Assembly: GCA_050084515.1 (NCBI GenBank)
Contig: CM114271.1
Coordinates: 38,316,001-38,380,000, forward strand
Direction of reading: 5' to 3'
Source: Blasia pusilla
Taxonomy: Eukaryota
Length of the DNA: 64,000 nt
The position numbers and the translations under genes were made by a program. Within the stretch, counting starts at the first letter, position 1; the number at the start of each line of letters is the position of its first letter. This document shows positions 33,739 through 47,279 of the stretch, one piece after another. Below the pieces are notes generated by a model. The model saw nothing but the letters and a program-made list of their open reading frames with translations, searched no databases and had not been told where the DNA came from.

Positions 33739-35633
33739 CTAAAGCTCCCATGTCATCTTACCGGCGGATGGTCCACTCCTAATTCTGAACATTCGACGAG
33801 TGTAGTCCCTCAAGCTAGTGTCGTTGACCTGGCAGTGACTTGCTTCCCAGGAGTCCGGTTTCTTAGCATCAGGGCCCACTCCCTCGGGCCTGTCTCTGGA
33901 GTTGAGATTTTTGGGCTCCTTCCAATCAACCACATACGTCGAAGCGCGTTTCGTGAACTTGGTTTCGAATTCGGGCCAGACTTGGAACTTGTAGTGGTTG
34001 ATGACCGTATATTTGGGATCCGTGTACATTGTCATGTACTCTGGCAGCAAATCGAAGTGATGTATGACGTTGGCCAGCGAAGGTCGGAGCGCTTTCAACA
34101 GAACCAGCGACTTGTGCCTCTGCTCTCTCGTATCTCTACATGTGTAGCCCTGCGTGACTCCCTGCGCCGGATGCACGCTCAGCCCCGAAGGACCGAAGTT
34201 CCTGCAAAACACCGATATCTGCCCCAAGGTTTGATCTACTTCCTTCGGCGGGACGAGCTTCGTTTTCAAAATGACCTTCCCCTGTGTGTCTGCGATGAGA
34301 TCCTTGAAAGAGTTCCTGGCAGATTGCATCGCGGACTTCGAGTCCTTGGGAAGCCGATCCAGCCACCATTTGGGATAGAAGTACTCATCCACATCTGTGA
34401 ACAACAACCAAATGCACTCCCTACCAGCTCGAATGGCGCAGTGCGAGAATCCGGCCTCCTGGGTCTTCACCCAAGGCCACGAATGCCGCGTCACATTGTA
34501 CTCCGCGAGGCTGTTCACCACGCCCCGGAGGTCGTCTTCGCTGTTGTTGTCGTAGAGGAAGAACTTCTCCACTCCCAGGTGCGAGTTGAACTGAACCCAT
34601 TCCTTCAGAAACTTGCCGGCGTTCCACACCATAGTGCAAGCGCAGATGACATGCTTCTTCCCCCGAGACTGCGACGAAGTCTGCAAGCCATCTTCGGACG
34701 ACGACGAGGGCTTTCCGCGCGCCGGCTTCGGCCGATTGTAGTACGCCACAGAAGGGATCACATGACCTTTGTAGCGCAGATACACCTTCTGCCTGAGCGG
34801 CTCTCCTACACTGTCCTCGAACTCTGGAAGCGCGCATCTGTACACTTCTTGAGCAGCTGCGGTGACCTCAGTCTCCACTGACAGCCCGAACACGCACTTG
34901 AACAATGTCAAGTTCGAGTAGTCCCCGAGCTTCCGCTTGTCGAAGACGCCTTTCACGAAGATGGCCACGTCCACCGGAGTGACTACAGCCCCATACACCA
35001 GAGGTGCATCCCACCTCGCCGGCACTCGATACTCCATGCTACTATTCAATCGAGGGCTACCACCGTCGTCCACCTCGATGGAAACACTGCTCGTAGCCAA
35101 TTTCTTTCTGGCTATCTGTTCAGGCCGCATACATGTAATTGCTAATCTTCCATCCACAAAATCCGCATTGAGGACCTTGGAGGTCAAGTTAACCCCGTAC
35201 CGGCAAGAAGTGACCCTGTCTCTCAGAGAGAACTCCGAGAACTTACGAACGAGGAAGAGGTCCAGGTTTTCGGGCAGGGCTACCATGTCTTCTATGTATG
35301 GCTGACGGTCGAAACCGACAGGAATGCCCTGGCTTATGGTCGCGGATCCAAATTTGCGTACTCGAATGCTTTTGTCATCATCCGGCTTCTCGGGTAGAAT
35401 TGCTAGCGCATCCGGCTTCTGGGGTATAACTGCCAGAGCATCCGGCTTCTCGGGTAGAACCGCCAGGGCATCCGGCTTCTCAGGTAGGACTGCAAGGGCT
35501 CCGCGGTCGATCGAGCTGACTGTCTCGATTGTGATGCCACGGTCAATTTCGACTTCGCCTTGCCCCATCTTCAGGTAGTTCAGGTCTGGTCCATGCTGCC
35601 GGGAACGCATGAGCCGTCTTGGATGGAAGAGCG
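33739..35633 (-). CDS. Glycosyltransferase family 92 (DUF23) protein, exon 2
   Basis: Intact long ORF: ICACTMVWN..FLKEW...LGVEKFFLYDNNSED, WPWVKTQEAGFSHCA, FTDVDEY, CRNFGPSG, HKS, INHYKFQVW. Acceptor tgcAG at 35635-35634, phase 1. Confidence 0.92.
35380..35500 (-). repeat. Four in-frame 30-nt coding repeats (ALAVLPEKPD)
   Basis: Visible in the translation and in the DNA (catccggcttct.ggg repeated). Confidence 0.9.
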
Positions 35634-35770
35634 CTGCATGGCAAGTAGATAGAAGCACGCAAAAATATCAGCGATACTTACTGGTGCATCACCGACGGAA
35701 TCAGACAGGCTACCATGCGAGCGATTGGCAGGATGAGATTGGTGAGAGTCGGGATGGCGACATTCATCGT

Positions 35771-35774
<4 letters not shown>

Positions 35775-35822
<48 letters not shown>
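35775..35822. repeat. (GA)24 microsatellite in the GT92 intron
   Basis: Read directly from the sequence. Confidence 0.98.
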
Positions 35823-35824
<2 letters not shown>

Positions 35825-36298
35825 CCATGACGCCGCTCCTAGCATAATCAAACGCCAGTGAAAAACGAGCCCGAAGATAACTCGCACTTCCTAGATTCTT
35901 TGTTGCTAGCCATCACCTGAGCAACACTCTCGCTACTCAAACAGTGATCACAACCAGTCGCCCGTGAATGAAGCCAAATCCGATCCCTACAGAGCACTAA
36001 CTTGGACTTCCGTCTGACAATTGAGATGGTCGTGGCTAGGGTGCCTCATTCCGTACTAACATCGCTTCCACATCCTCTTGTGGCGCTGAAAAGGTACGGG
36101 ATTCGCGCAAGCGTTTCACTATCAGGACCGAACTCCCAAAATGAGGATGTGCGAACACTCGATCGATGCTCACTTTCGTTCGGGAACGATGGCGGTGCAG
36201 AGAAGGATGTCCAGGCGCTTTAAATCCTTAGAATCATAAAACGCTGAATTCCATTCTGTTCTACTCTCCGCTGACAATTAGGATGCAGATATGAATAC

Positions 36299-36515
36299 CT
36301 GGGAATGAGTCGTTCGCCACAGTGAAAATGGTGAGGAAACAAACGGCTGCCGCTAGACCGAGACAGACCCGCGTCATACACCAGCCGGAGCACACCAACT
36401 GATCCGCCAGCTTCTTATATCCTCCTGACCGGTGTTGTTGCAGCTCCATCATGCTCAGTCGAACGCCAGGGCGATCCTTCTTCTCTGCCGGCTCATCTAC
36501 AGCACTCCGCCCCAT
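36299..36515 (-). CDS. GT92 gene exon 1 (cytoplasmic tail plus transmembrane anchor); start may instead be the in-frame ATG at 36644
   Basis: MGRSAVDE...VCLGLAAAVCFLTIFTVANDSFP hydrophobic anchor. Donor CCAG|GTATTC is phase 1, compatible with exon 2 (665-nt intron 35634-36298). Confidence 0.72.
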
Positions 36516-39500
36516 GCTTTTAGCTCTAATCTGCCCCGAGAGGACAGATTTCTGAGCTGACGACTGTGGCGGAACTCTCCGAGTCGGAGAGAGTCTTTTA
36601 ATTAGAATCAGGGGCCGGAAGAGTCCTGCGCGCCCGGGCCTCATCGGCAATTCCTTCACCTCTCACCCCCGGTACGCCAGGTGCTTCAACAATCTTGTCA
36701 GCCCAGGACATCATGGGCCTGCAGCCAGACCTAATTATCATTCCCAGCCGAGACGTTCGCCCGACTTCGATCGACTGAGCACCCGATTCAGCATCCCCGC
36801 AAGCTTCCACGAATCCCCCGTCATCGTCCCTAAACCACTTCCAGCCCGAGCTCCAAACCGACGGACGACGGTTGCGCAGCTCTGCGTATTCCCCCACCAG
36901 CCCCCTGTCCTAGCTCGCACCGCGAACTCCAATTTCGACCACCTAGCGCTCGAGCTCTCACTCTACCCCTCTCTCAACCGCCCGACGTCCCCGGCAGCTA
37001 CTCCAGCCGCTCAAGATTCCTCCGTCACTCTCCATAACTCGAGAAATGTCTCGCTCTCCCCCTCGTAGCACCTCGTTCCACCCCAGTGAAGCACCCCCGT
37101 CCCCGTCCCCGTCCCCTCCCCCCCCAAGCCGAAGCCTTCGCTACTACTCTACGGCGTCTAACCCCCCGACCTCAGAGTAGACGCGAGTGCAAGGCTGCCA
37201 TGCCTGCCTCCTGCTGCTGCTGCTCCTGCTGTCGCCCGCCAGCCAGCCAGCCGTCGATGGAGAGCGAGAAGACGACACCTTGCGAGCGAGCGTTGGAGTG
37301 GAGGAAGAGAGAGACAGACGGACGGAAGCGACGGGATGGCAGCAGCCAGTTGAACCAGTTCTCTTCGCGTAGGCACGCCTCACAAGCTCTCTCGCTCAGA
37401 CGCAGGTGCAGATCGAGCGCGTCTTGTTTGTCACTAAGTAGCTCTTCGCCCACGTGCCGAGCTCTCGTGGGAGGTCGGACGGACGGACCTCGCGTCCATC
37501 GACCCCGGTTCGGTCCAAGCCTGCCTTCCACGGCCCTGTCCCAACTGTCACCCATACGCGCGTCAGAGCGGCAACGACCCGCCTACCCGCTCTCCCTCGC
37601 CTCCTGCTCATCGATTACTTACTCTCCATTTACTTATACTCTTAATTTCTCACCTTTCCTCGCTTTGAAACCTGTCACCATCTGCCCGTGAAACCTGTCA
37701 CCTCCTTCCTTCGGGCCGCCCTCTTCCTTCCTGAGTCCTGACCCCTGCCAGAGGACGGGCTGCGCTCTGTTCGCTCGCGGGGGTTCCGGGGAGTCGGTAG
37801 AATCTGTACCGTCGGCTGCCGTGTCACGGTCGCGAGTTTAGTGACCGGCCGGCAGGCCGGCTCCGTGCCGCGCCTGTTCTCTTCCCGGGGGGAATCTGCG
37901 AGGGCAACGATAACGTTTCTTTTCCCTTTTCGTTTTCCTCGCCGGCGTCGCGGTCAAATAAAGCGGACAACCCTTACTTTCGTTCGCCCGTCGTGCTTGG
38001 TCCACGAGATCCACCGAAATTAGCGTGAATCGCCGGTTCAACATCTTCCCTGATCACGAAATTAGCAGATGTGTAACCTCATGTCAACAGATTACTCCAT
38101 GTAGTGGAGTGGAGTGGGGCGTGGCGCCGGGATTCCCACGGTAAACACACCTTCATAGCGACGAGATCTGCGGTATACTAGATTAGACAGGAGCGATTTT
38201 TTCTACTCAATAAACTACTAGTATTCCATACTTTTATGCTTGGCTAAATATCCTCCCTAGGTATACTCGTCATCATCCCTTAGCGAGTCCTTCTCCCTTG
38301 GGAGGGAGAGGGGAACTCTTCCAAGTTCCATCCTTCGTGAGAAAGGGAAGGAGGGCTTTGTTTTAAGAGTACGAGGAGTCTTTCCTTTCGCCTTTCCTTC
38401 TCTTTCCTTTTTTGTTCCATTCATTTTATTTTTCTGTGTTCTTTGTATTTTTTGTATGAGGAATGGAGAGGGTTTGTCCGTGCCCTCTCATTTTTGTTTT
38501 CTAAACGAAGCATAAATCCTATCACTTTTCAGAGGTATTGATAAGATTCTATGAAGAGTCAAGTTTGCTCAAGGAATATCTTCTAAATTTTATGAGCTTA
38601 ACATTGGGAAGCATCACATTATTCAAAAAATTACCAAGGGAGTGTAAAATAGAGGAGCAGTTACCCCCATTAGTATATAGATAGATTTTATTTCAAATAC
38701 TAATATTGTAAGACTATTGGTTCACAACCACTCCAAGTTTGTTGAGGAACTTTTGATAGCGGCGGCGCAAATTGGCAATTTTATGCTGTAACAGACAAAC
38801 ACACGATCTTTGCCTAACGCGCATGGGACCCGGACTTCTCCGTGCCCTCTCTCTCTCCCCCTGCGTACTCGATCGAGCGGTGCATGGAGCAAGATGTGGA
38901 CAAGGAACGAAACGATACGCCGATTCTCGTCCGTCGATCCGGACTCCTCCCTCCCCTCGATTCCGTATGAAAAGGTCGTCACGAAAAGTCGACGCGAAGA
39001 AAGATAACGTTCACCGGAGGTTAAAGGCGCGCGAGCGAGCGATGGCGCTCGGAGCCCGCGCTCCGCCACCCAACGAGTCCAAACTCGCTAACCACAGTTA
39101 CCACAGCTCACAAATTCAGCGCTGCGCTCCCACTCAACGCCCTCTCCCGGAGTCCGGAGTCCGGGCCCCCGAGCCTTTGACCGCGGGCCCGGGCTGGCCC
39201 CACGCTCCACATCGTCCCGCAGAACGCATTCAAATGGTGCAGGTGTGCATTAACGGCCCCTTGTTCGCTTCGAGGGGAATCAGGGGATTCATTCCCGGAG
39301 TAGATCTCGATGTGGATACCACGCTTGGGGGACCGTCGCCGTCCGTTCTCGCTCGGGTGAGTCTAGCGTGCGTGCGCGTGTTCGTTCGCAGCTCCCCCTT
39401 CGCTGCACGCAGCGATTTTGGACGGGGACGGCGGGAGGCATGGACGGGGACGGCGGGAGGTAGGACGGAGGGCGCAGGGGACGAAAAGAGACGTGCTACA

Positions 39501-39899
39501 TGTCGAAACGGAGAGCGTGACGAGAATTTCGTTTTGATCCGGACCTTGCTGCATGGCGTGAAGTATTTTTATTCATCTTTTTAGAATTCGGTTCATATTA
39601 GGGTTCCAAATGTGAATATTAGGGCTTAGCTTATTGTCATTTGGAGAAATTTCCCAAGGTAACGTCCTCTATTCACCCACCCTTCCCCTCCTTTCCCAAG
39701 TCCTTTCTTGTTTGTCGTATTTGTCGTATGTGCATCTCATTTTGGTTCGATTCACGTTTGTATTTGTTACCCTTCCTGTACATACACTTTTCTTCTCATC
39801 TATTTTATCTCGAAGGGCCCATGATCTTTTCACACTCTTAGCAACTCTACGTATTCATGAGTTTATTTTTGGGAGGGGGTTGGGACTAGAAGTCCTAGG

Positions 39900-42800
39900 T
39901 GATGTCGGTAGGTGAGAGTTTATGTTAGAGGAAGCATTACCGTGGACGGGAAGAGAGTGGTTTGCCAGGACCGCTCGTTCGAATGGGGATGACAGATCAT
40001 TATTGACGGGGATTGTCGACGATTTTATTGGAGGGGGCCATGTCCTCTTCTTGGTGAGTTGCATCCATGCCTCGACCGCATCGGCTCCGTGTGTGGGGAC
40101 CGTGGGTCGTCTAGTCGGGATACTAAATGCCCATGTTGTCCCGAATTCTTCACTCGTTAGAATTCGGAACCACTTAGCGGCTAAACATCCCGACTTTGAT
40201 AGATTTGGATGGGTGGTCCCTCCTGCCGACCATGGATGCTCTCCGGTGCTTCCCGCATCATCGCCCCCTCCCGAGGCATGGGAGTGGTTGAGGTCCCACC
40301 AGTAAAGATTATAGGTCTCTTCGAGACCCGTTTTCCCTGCCGAGGTTGTTTCATAGGATCCCCATGCTATTCGGGGACGACCTCCGCCACGCATTCCTCC
40401 TTCCCTCGCTAGGATCGCCCTTGATCCTATGGATGAGCTCTCGTGGTACCTACTACTTCTCCTTCCACGATGGTGTCTTCGTTACACTCGGGGGGAGGGA
40501 AGGCCGTTCATAGAGAGGTTATAGCACGCCCGAGACGCTTTCGAGGAGGTGATTGGGAGTCTGCAGAGTGAGTTTGTGGCATTCGCAGAGGTAGTAGTTC
40601 ACCTGGTTTCGGCGGACGATCCTGGAGCAGCCAGGTTGCGGCGATGTAGGACACAGGGCGAGCCTGTGAGTACTCGCGCGCGACGTGCTCTTTGCCCGAT
40701 GGACATGGCTCCTTCTTGGTGTTACCATCGATGCCCTCCGAAGGCTACATCCTCGTCCATCGGTTGACATTCCAGCTTTTGCACGTGACTTCCACCACGA
40801 CACGGCTATATGCCTTGACCCGTCCCTCTTTGCACGGGCACTCGGGCGTTCTCCGAGGATTGCGGCGGAGGTTTGTATGCGGTATGACGTCACGAACACC
40901 TTCGTGATTGCTTTCCTTCCGAGGATACCGCTAGCGGCTTCTCCGAAGTTGCTTCAGGTTGCCTCTCACCTAGCTCAGGGAGAGTGCCAACTGATGGCCC
41001 AAGTATTAGGGGGTCGGGCGACTTTTGGCGTTGTCAAAGGGGGGTGGTGGTATCCGTCCGATTGCCATAGGTGAGGTGCTCTTGCGGTTGGTGAGTCGTA
41101 CTCTCGCTTTGCAATTCCGTGAGGCTTTCGATCACATTTGAGTCCACATCAGTTTGGAGTTGCCACGCATGACCGGATGTGAGACGGTTGCCTTAGGTTT
41201 GAGGGCTTGTCTAGATGTACATCCAGTGGGTGGTTCTCCAAGTGGGCGTGGAGAACGCCTTCAACTCATATCTCGGGCTACTATATTCACAGAGTTGAGG
41301 GACGGGTGGCCCCATGGCGAGCCTCATTCCCTTTGTGCAGGCTTTCTATGGGGCCCCTTCGGCCCTCTATTTCCACCATGGTCGATTCGAGGAGGAGGTC
41401 ACGGTCTTGGAGTCTCACCGGGACTCGTCGGGGTGACCCTCTGGGTGGCGCGTTGTTTCTTTGTGGCTCATTACCGAGCGGTTCTTTCACGGTGGAGGCT
41501 TTCCGGGTTGCATGTTCCCTTCATTTGCGAGATGATACTCATATTGTTGGTCCTGGAGATCTGGTTGTCCTGCATTCGAGCACTTTTCAAAGACAGTTGG
41601 CACGTGTCGGCCTGGCGGTGAAGGTGGGGAAGTGCAAGGCTTGGTCTCCATCAGGCCTACGTGATGATCTACATTTACCCGACGGCTTCTTGCGACTGTC
41701 GGAGGGCCGAGTCTTGGGAGTACCGCCGGGAGCCAGGACTTTGTATCGACTTTCGTGGCGGCGGCTCTTACCGAGGATCTTCTCCACGTTGATGATCTTA
41801 CGAGATTGGTGACCCTCAAGTCGCCTTCGGCATTCTCTCTTCTTGTTTTGCTCAGAGACCTGGTTACCTCACTAGAACTGCCTCGGACATCTAGTCACCT
41901 TTCTTCCCTATATAGATCCTTTGATAGGAAGCTCATGCAGGTGTTTGGGGATCTTCTAGGACCCGGCTCCTTAGAGTGCCCCATGGGGAGTTAGCTCAGA
42001 CAGGCCTCTTGGCCGATTTCTTTTGGTGGAGTAGGTCTTCTCTCGACCGAGTTAGTGGCGCCCTCCGCTTTTTTAGGGAGTTGGGCCATAGTGGCACCCT
42101 CCTTTGCTCCCGATTTTTGTTAGAGATAGACCGCTCCTTCTACACTACGTCTCCCGGTCGAGGATGGCTCTTTCCCACTTGATCTTCACTCACGGCTTGT
42201 AGAGATTCCCTTCGAGTTGAGGCCGAGCCGTTCTCCCCACTTTCTCCTCCTTAGTTACCTCCGGTCGTCTAGGCTCCAATCTTCCTTGATGGAAGCCCAC
42301 TTTGAGGCGATTTTTAGAGGCACTATGTCCGGGACGGGAATATCCCCATGGAGGTTAGGGCCCGTATTCGCTCTTGCTCGGAAAGGGGGCAGGCTCATGG
42401 GTAGGGGCGCCCCTTCTCCAGCTTTCCGTGATCGCACCACTTACCTATACCACAGCGATGCGGTTCCGCTTGGGCCTCCCCAACCATCGGTGGTTGGTTC
42501 GACACATCGCGAGTGTCGCCGAGCCTGGATCCACTTGGTGTGCATTTGGCACGCCTTTGTCGATTGGGGGTGAGAGGATAGCCACTCACGATGCAAAGGC
42601 GGGATATCATGTTCGGTATTGCTCGGGAGAGTGGCTTCCATGTGCAGAGAGAGAGGCACTACTCCATGCGGGATTCCCTAATTCGTGCCGATCTCTACAT
42701 GACACGTGAGGTCGAGGTGGTTGTGGCGGGACGTGGTAGTCCTGAGATCCTCACGCTGGGAGGCGGTCTGAGCCCAAGTGGTGGCCCAAGGGCGAATGCT

Positions 42801-43150
42801 ACAAGGAGCGGGCGGCGGCGGCGGGCGGCGGCGAAGAAGACACATATCTACAGTCGACTACACGAGGGACACATCTTCATCCCCCTGGCCATAGAGATGT
42901 ATGGGGCTATGGGGGAGAGGTTCGACTCGTTCCTTACGGACTGCGCCCATCATCTCCACTCGAGAAATGGGTTGTCCTTAGCTCTGCGATTCAGTATTGT
43001 AGGTAGCGGGTCTCCATAGCGTTGCGTGCCAGGCTAATGGGATTTTGCGGCGGGCTCAGTCGTGGGGAGACGCCGGCGCTAGAGGCCCACTTAGTAGTAG
43101 TCATAGCTCTCTTGTTGTTGCTGATATTGTCTCTGCTGTTGGTGAGTTTA
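39900..43150 (+). mobile_element. Decayed non-LTR retrotransposon, CRE-like (RT plus C-terminal restriction-like endonuclease); ends approximate
   Basis: Across frameshifts: GGIRPIAIGEVLLRLVSR, SPHQFGV, GCE, NAFN.ISR, GTRRGDPLGGALF, DDTHIVGP, KCKAWSPSG, RVLGVP, GDPQVA..YLTR, THD, RADL, KK..Y....FIPLAIEMYG. Confidence 0.85.
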
Positions 43151-46100
43151 AATCGTTAGGGGGAATGCCCCCTTCTTCCTTTTCTGGTCGTGTTGTGGCC
43201 TTCAGGTTTTGACTCTTTGAGTCCCCCTCTTTTGTACTTCCGATGGGTTTTCCATCACTCGTTTTTATCGAAGTGCATCTTTGTTTGTTCTCAGGGTAAT
43301 CATATTGCGCTTTCGCTCCGTCTCGGTTCGGTGCTGCTTCTTGTTACGCTTTTGGTTCGCGGTGTGGGTTCGGCGCTACGTCCGGGTGAACCGGAGTCAC
43401 CTGGCCGGTTGAAGTCTCAGACTCCCGTTCCCGTTTCTGAACTGCCGGTAAGAACTTTAAGGAAGTAGGGTAGTTCGGTGTCTTATATCAAATAGTCGAC
43501 CGGCATAGGGAAAGTGACCGTCTACGTTTATGTGCACCGGGAAAATACCGGGTCTCTAAAGCATCCACCCGGCCGTAGGTCCGGAGCAGCTTGTCGACGA
43601 TTTGCATGACGCGGCGCGACGCAACCAGTAATACAGGACGCCGACGAGGGGAGCCGCAGCTCTCAATGCGAAACTGGCAACCTAAACGCTTGCGCTGCGC
43701 TTTCCGCACACGACCGCCTACGTGCGCGCGCTCACTCGCGGTCTCCCTCCATCCCCGACGTGCCATGTAGCAATCGTTCCCCTTCTGTCCCTGCCTGTCG
43801 CCTTCATCCCAGCGCCTTCGTGCGTACTGCTCGGTAAGCCCCCACGCGCGCTGTATGTAGCGTAGCGCCTTCGCCTTTGGAGCCCGGGCGGAGCGGCTCG
43901 CTTCCGAAGAATCCCCGTCTGAGACGTTACCGTGAAGCGAACACAACGACGGCGATCATCCACTGTACTCCACCACGCCGCCTGCCCGGGTTCCCGGCTG
44001 CCGGGCTGGAGGCCGAGTGCTGCAGCACGGAGTCCGGACTGCACAGTGGCGCAGTCACGAGCGACGTAACGGGGGTGCCGGCGTTCGATTTCGCCGTCGA
44101 TTCCATTCGGACAAAATGTGAGATCGGGACCGCCGTCTAAGTTGTCCTAAGGTGTTTTCTTGGCTTGTTCCGGCGGTTCACTTAATAATAATCATAGTTT
44201 TCTAAATGTTATTGATATTATCTCTGATTTTGGTCGTTAGGAGGCAGACCCTTCTTTCTCGTCGGGACCGGTTATCGTGATGGGTTTCCATCCTCTTTTT
44301 ATATATATATTTTTTTATATTTTTCAGTTGCCGGTGTGGCCACGAGTGGTCCGTCCCTGTCAGAGTGTCGGCGATGTCCGTTGCCTCCTGACAGCTACGG
44401 TCGACATTAATAGCTGGCGTTAATCCCGAGCATCTGACTGGAGTCACTACTGGGCAATCTGGGCCGCGATGGAAGCAATCGGGTCTATGGCCATACATAC
44501 CATTGGCATCATCTGTGAGGCCATGCATGCATGGCCATACAGTAGTAGACCGTACATGCATGGTTGGCGTTCGCAACGATGCTTACGTGGACTATTTTAT
44601 TTCGGAAAGTTTCTCATGTCAAAATGAGAAAGGACAACATAACCAAATTGAGATACGGAACTGAATAAAAGTCGAAACAAAAATCAAATCGAAGGGAAAA
44701 TTCTATTCCCCTACAAGAAAATAAAAAATATCTTAATTTAATAAAATGGTTAAATGGTGAAATTTTTTATGGCTTCTGCAAATTCCCATTGTTTTCTTTA
44801 TTGGCCATTTAGAATATCATATGTCCTATGTACCTGGATGTTAATTACTTTCTTCTCCAACTCTAAATCTTAAACCCTTTCTTTTCCACCCGCATAGGTT
44901 TAACATTTTACTAGTAAGTTGCTACTAAGTTACCTGTTATGCACTTTAAACCTACCTTCCCACTATTTGCTATACACCCTAAATCACATGTGATCTCCCT
45001 AACACTTAGCATCATCTCAAAACTTCAAAGAGACATGTGTTACAAAGAGGAAATGTGACTATGGAAGAAACACTCCTCTCTTTTATACACTTGCATATTA
45101 ATTGTAACACCCCAAGTCTATGGCATTTAAGCACCCAAGTGAACTAAATTGTTACACTACTAGTATAATACATGTGGGAAAATAACCAGTCATGGCTATT
45201 GTGTTAATTTAGTTGTTCCGTTAATTGGTATATGTGTCATCATGGGAAGAATCCAAAATGCATATATGTCATTGCCGGAGAATGGGGTTCTCAAACCCCA
45301 TCCTCTTTTATAGATATAGATTGCCCTAATTTTGTGAATAGAAAATCAGTCTGGTCCACGATGGGATTGTTCTCATGATCTTTTCTCTTATTTTATGATA
45401 AAAAAATTAGCAATTTCTCCCATAAGATGCACTCAACCGAGATGGATGGAAGTTAAAATATTTCACCAATGGAGAATAATACAATGAAGCCATTGCAAAA
45501 GACACATGTTGAAATTACAAAGTTGAGAAAAATAAGGATAGTAGAGATAAGTTTTTCCATAAACATATGAAAAGTCAGAAAATCCTAATTTTCATTTTAT
45601 TAATTTCATATTTTTCTCATCAATTGAGAAAGAACTTAGTTGTCATTCTTTTTCTAACCCCCGTCTCTTAATTAATAAAATATAATCATTCATTTTGTTT
45701 CAAATTTTTCTTTACAAATCCCTCGCAAGGAAAGCTTGAAAACTAAAGAATAAATTTAAATAAATTTTATCCTTTTCAAGTTTAATACTTTCCCACTATT
45801 CTACTATTATATTTTCTCATTTTTTCCAAAATAATATTTGATTTCCTTTCCGAAAGGAACTTGAAATTTAAAGTTTTAGCTATTTTCCTATGTATTGAAG
45901 TAAGAATTTTAATTTTTAAAATTCCATATCAATTCAAATAAAACGGTTTTGCCATATGATAAAAGCCACGTAAAGGATCATTTTATGACTAATTTGGTAA
46001 AAGGAATATGTCAAGTTATGAATTTTTATCATAACTCCTCGACTATTTCTTCAAAGGTAAACCTCTTGTGTCATAAATCATTTATAAATTACTAGTTTTG

Positions 46101-47254
46101 ATTTTATTTTCTCAATTTGGTTTTTCTCATACTAGTACCAAAATGCTACTTATTCCTCCATATTTTTTAAAAATTATTTAATTTTAATTATTCATAAAAA
46201 TTTTATATGATCAATTATTTCATTAATGAAAAAAACTCATTCCTTTTTCTCCAATTTTTTTTCGAAATATGATTTATTTTTCGTTAAACTAAATTTGAGA
46301 AAAGAAAGCATACGTTGAAAAACCTAAGAAAGAAAAATTTTACCCAATGATGTTAACATTGAGAAAACCCTATGAACTTTCAAAAATGAAAATATACTCT
46401 AGAATTCTCGAAAGAAAATTTTCTTAAAACAAGATCTAGAAATTGCAAACAAGAAAATCTAACTAGCCTTTTTTCTATAACAAGTCTTGAAAAACACATA
46501 TTGGAAAAAATTTGATGAAAAAAATCGACGTCAAAATTTTTTTGTGAAAAATTACAATGACACAAATTTCTTTGAAAATTGGAAAAAAACAGTTTAAGAA
46601 AACCAAATTCAAGAAGGACTCAACACATATAAATCACCATGTGTCCAAATTCAAGCTTGTTGATATGTGGTGATAAACATAAGTTTAACATAGATACGAG
46701 CTTATAAAAAATATCATTGATGAAGTAGTAGTTTTTTGCTTTTAGGGGAAAATTCCCCACATCTAAGGATTCTCCCCCATACCATGATAAATATATTTTA
46801 TAAATTGACATGAACTATTTTTGAAATAATTACCAATGAAAAAATAAGTCTCTTAGAAGAAAACCCTTTATATGTGTAGTTAGTGAGTCAATTGGTTAGT
46901 ATTCATCCACAAAATGTTTTTCTTCCACATGATGCTTTTAAATATTTTCATTTTAGGCTTATCCAAGACTTGAAACATCTAAGATAGATTTAGATTCCCT
47001 TTAGAAAGCACATAGGAGGGATCCCTATCTTGGAGTCACATGTAAAATTATTCAATAAGAAAATATCATTGAATATTCTTAAATTTAGAGGCATCAATTA
47101 CACAATTGACTCACTCGCGAATGTAGGTGACCTTCCTTGTCTATGTAGTGGCATGTTTTGAGAGGTTGACCATTAGTGGAGCCACTTAATCTTGGCCTCG
47201 ATAATTGTATTAATGGATTGAATGTAGATTTGATGTCATAACAAAGAGCCATTT

Positions 47255-47279
47255 GAGAGAGAGAGAGAGAGAGAGAGAG
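47255..47279. repeat. (GA)12 microsatellite
   Basis: Read directly from the sequence. Confidence 0.95.

Noticed and set aside
33835-34881. 348-aa plus-strand ORF
   Set aside because: Antisense shadow of the GC-rich GT92 exon; no recognisable motifs.
35634-35760. Extra GT92 exon ending at a GTAAGT donor, with a 48-nt intron
   Set aside because: The required phase-1 frame contains TGA; the upstream exon at 36299 splices in frame directly.
37086-39584. 201-aa and 270-aa GC-rich ORFs
   Set aside because: Non-ATG starts, low-complexity R/P/S composition and no domain; probably promoter or UTR sequence.
45290-45320. Second Helitron family 5' end (related sequence at about 60870-60910)
   Set aside because: The shared aaaagaggatggggtt motif is real, but no convincing 3' hairpin-CTAG end could be paired with it.
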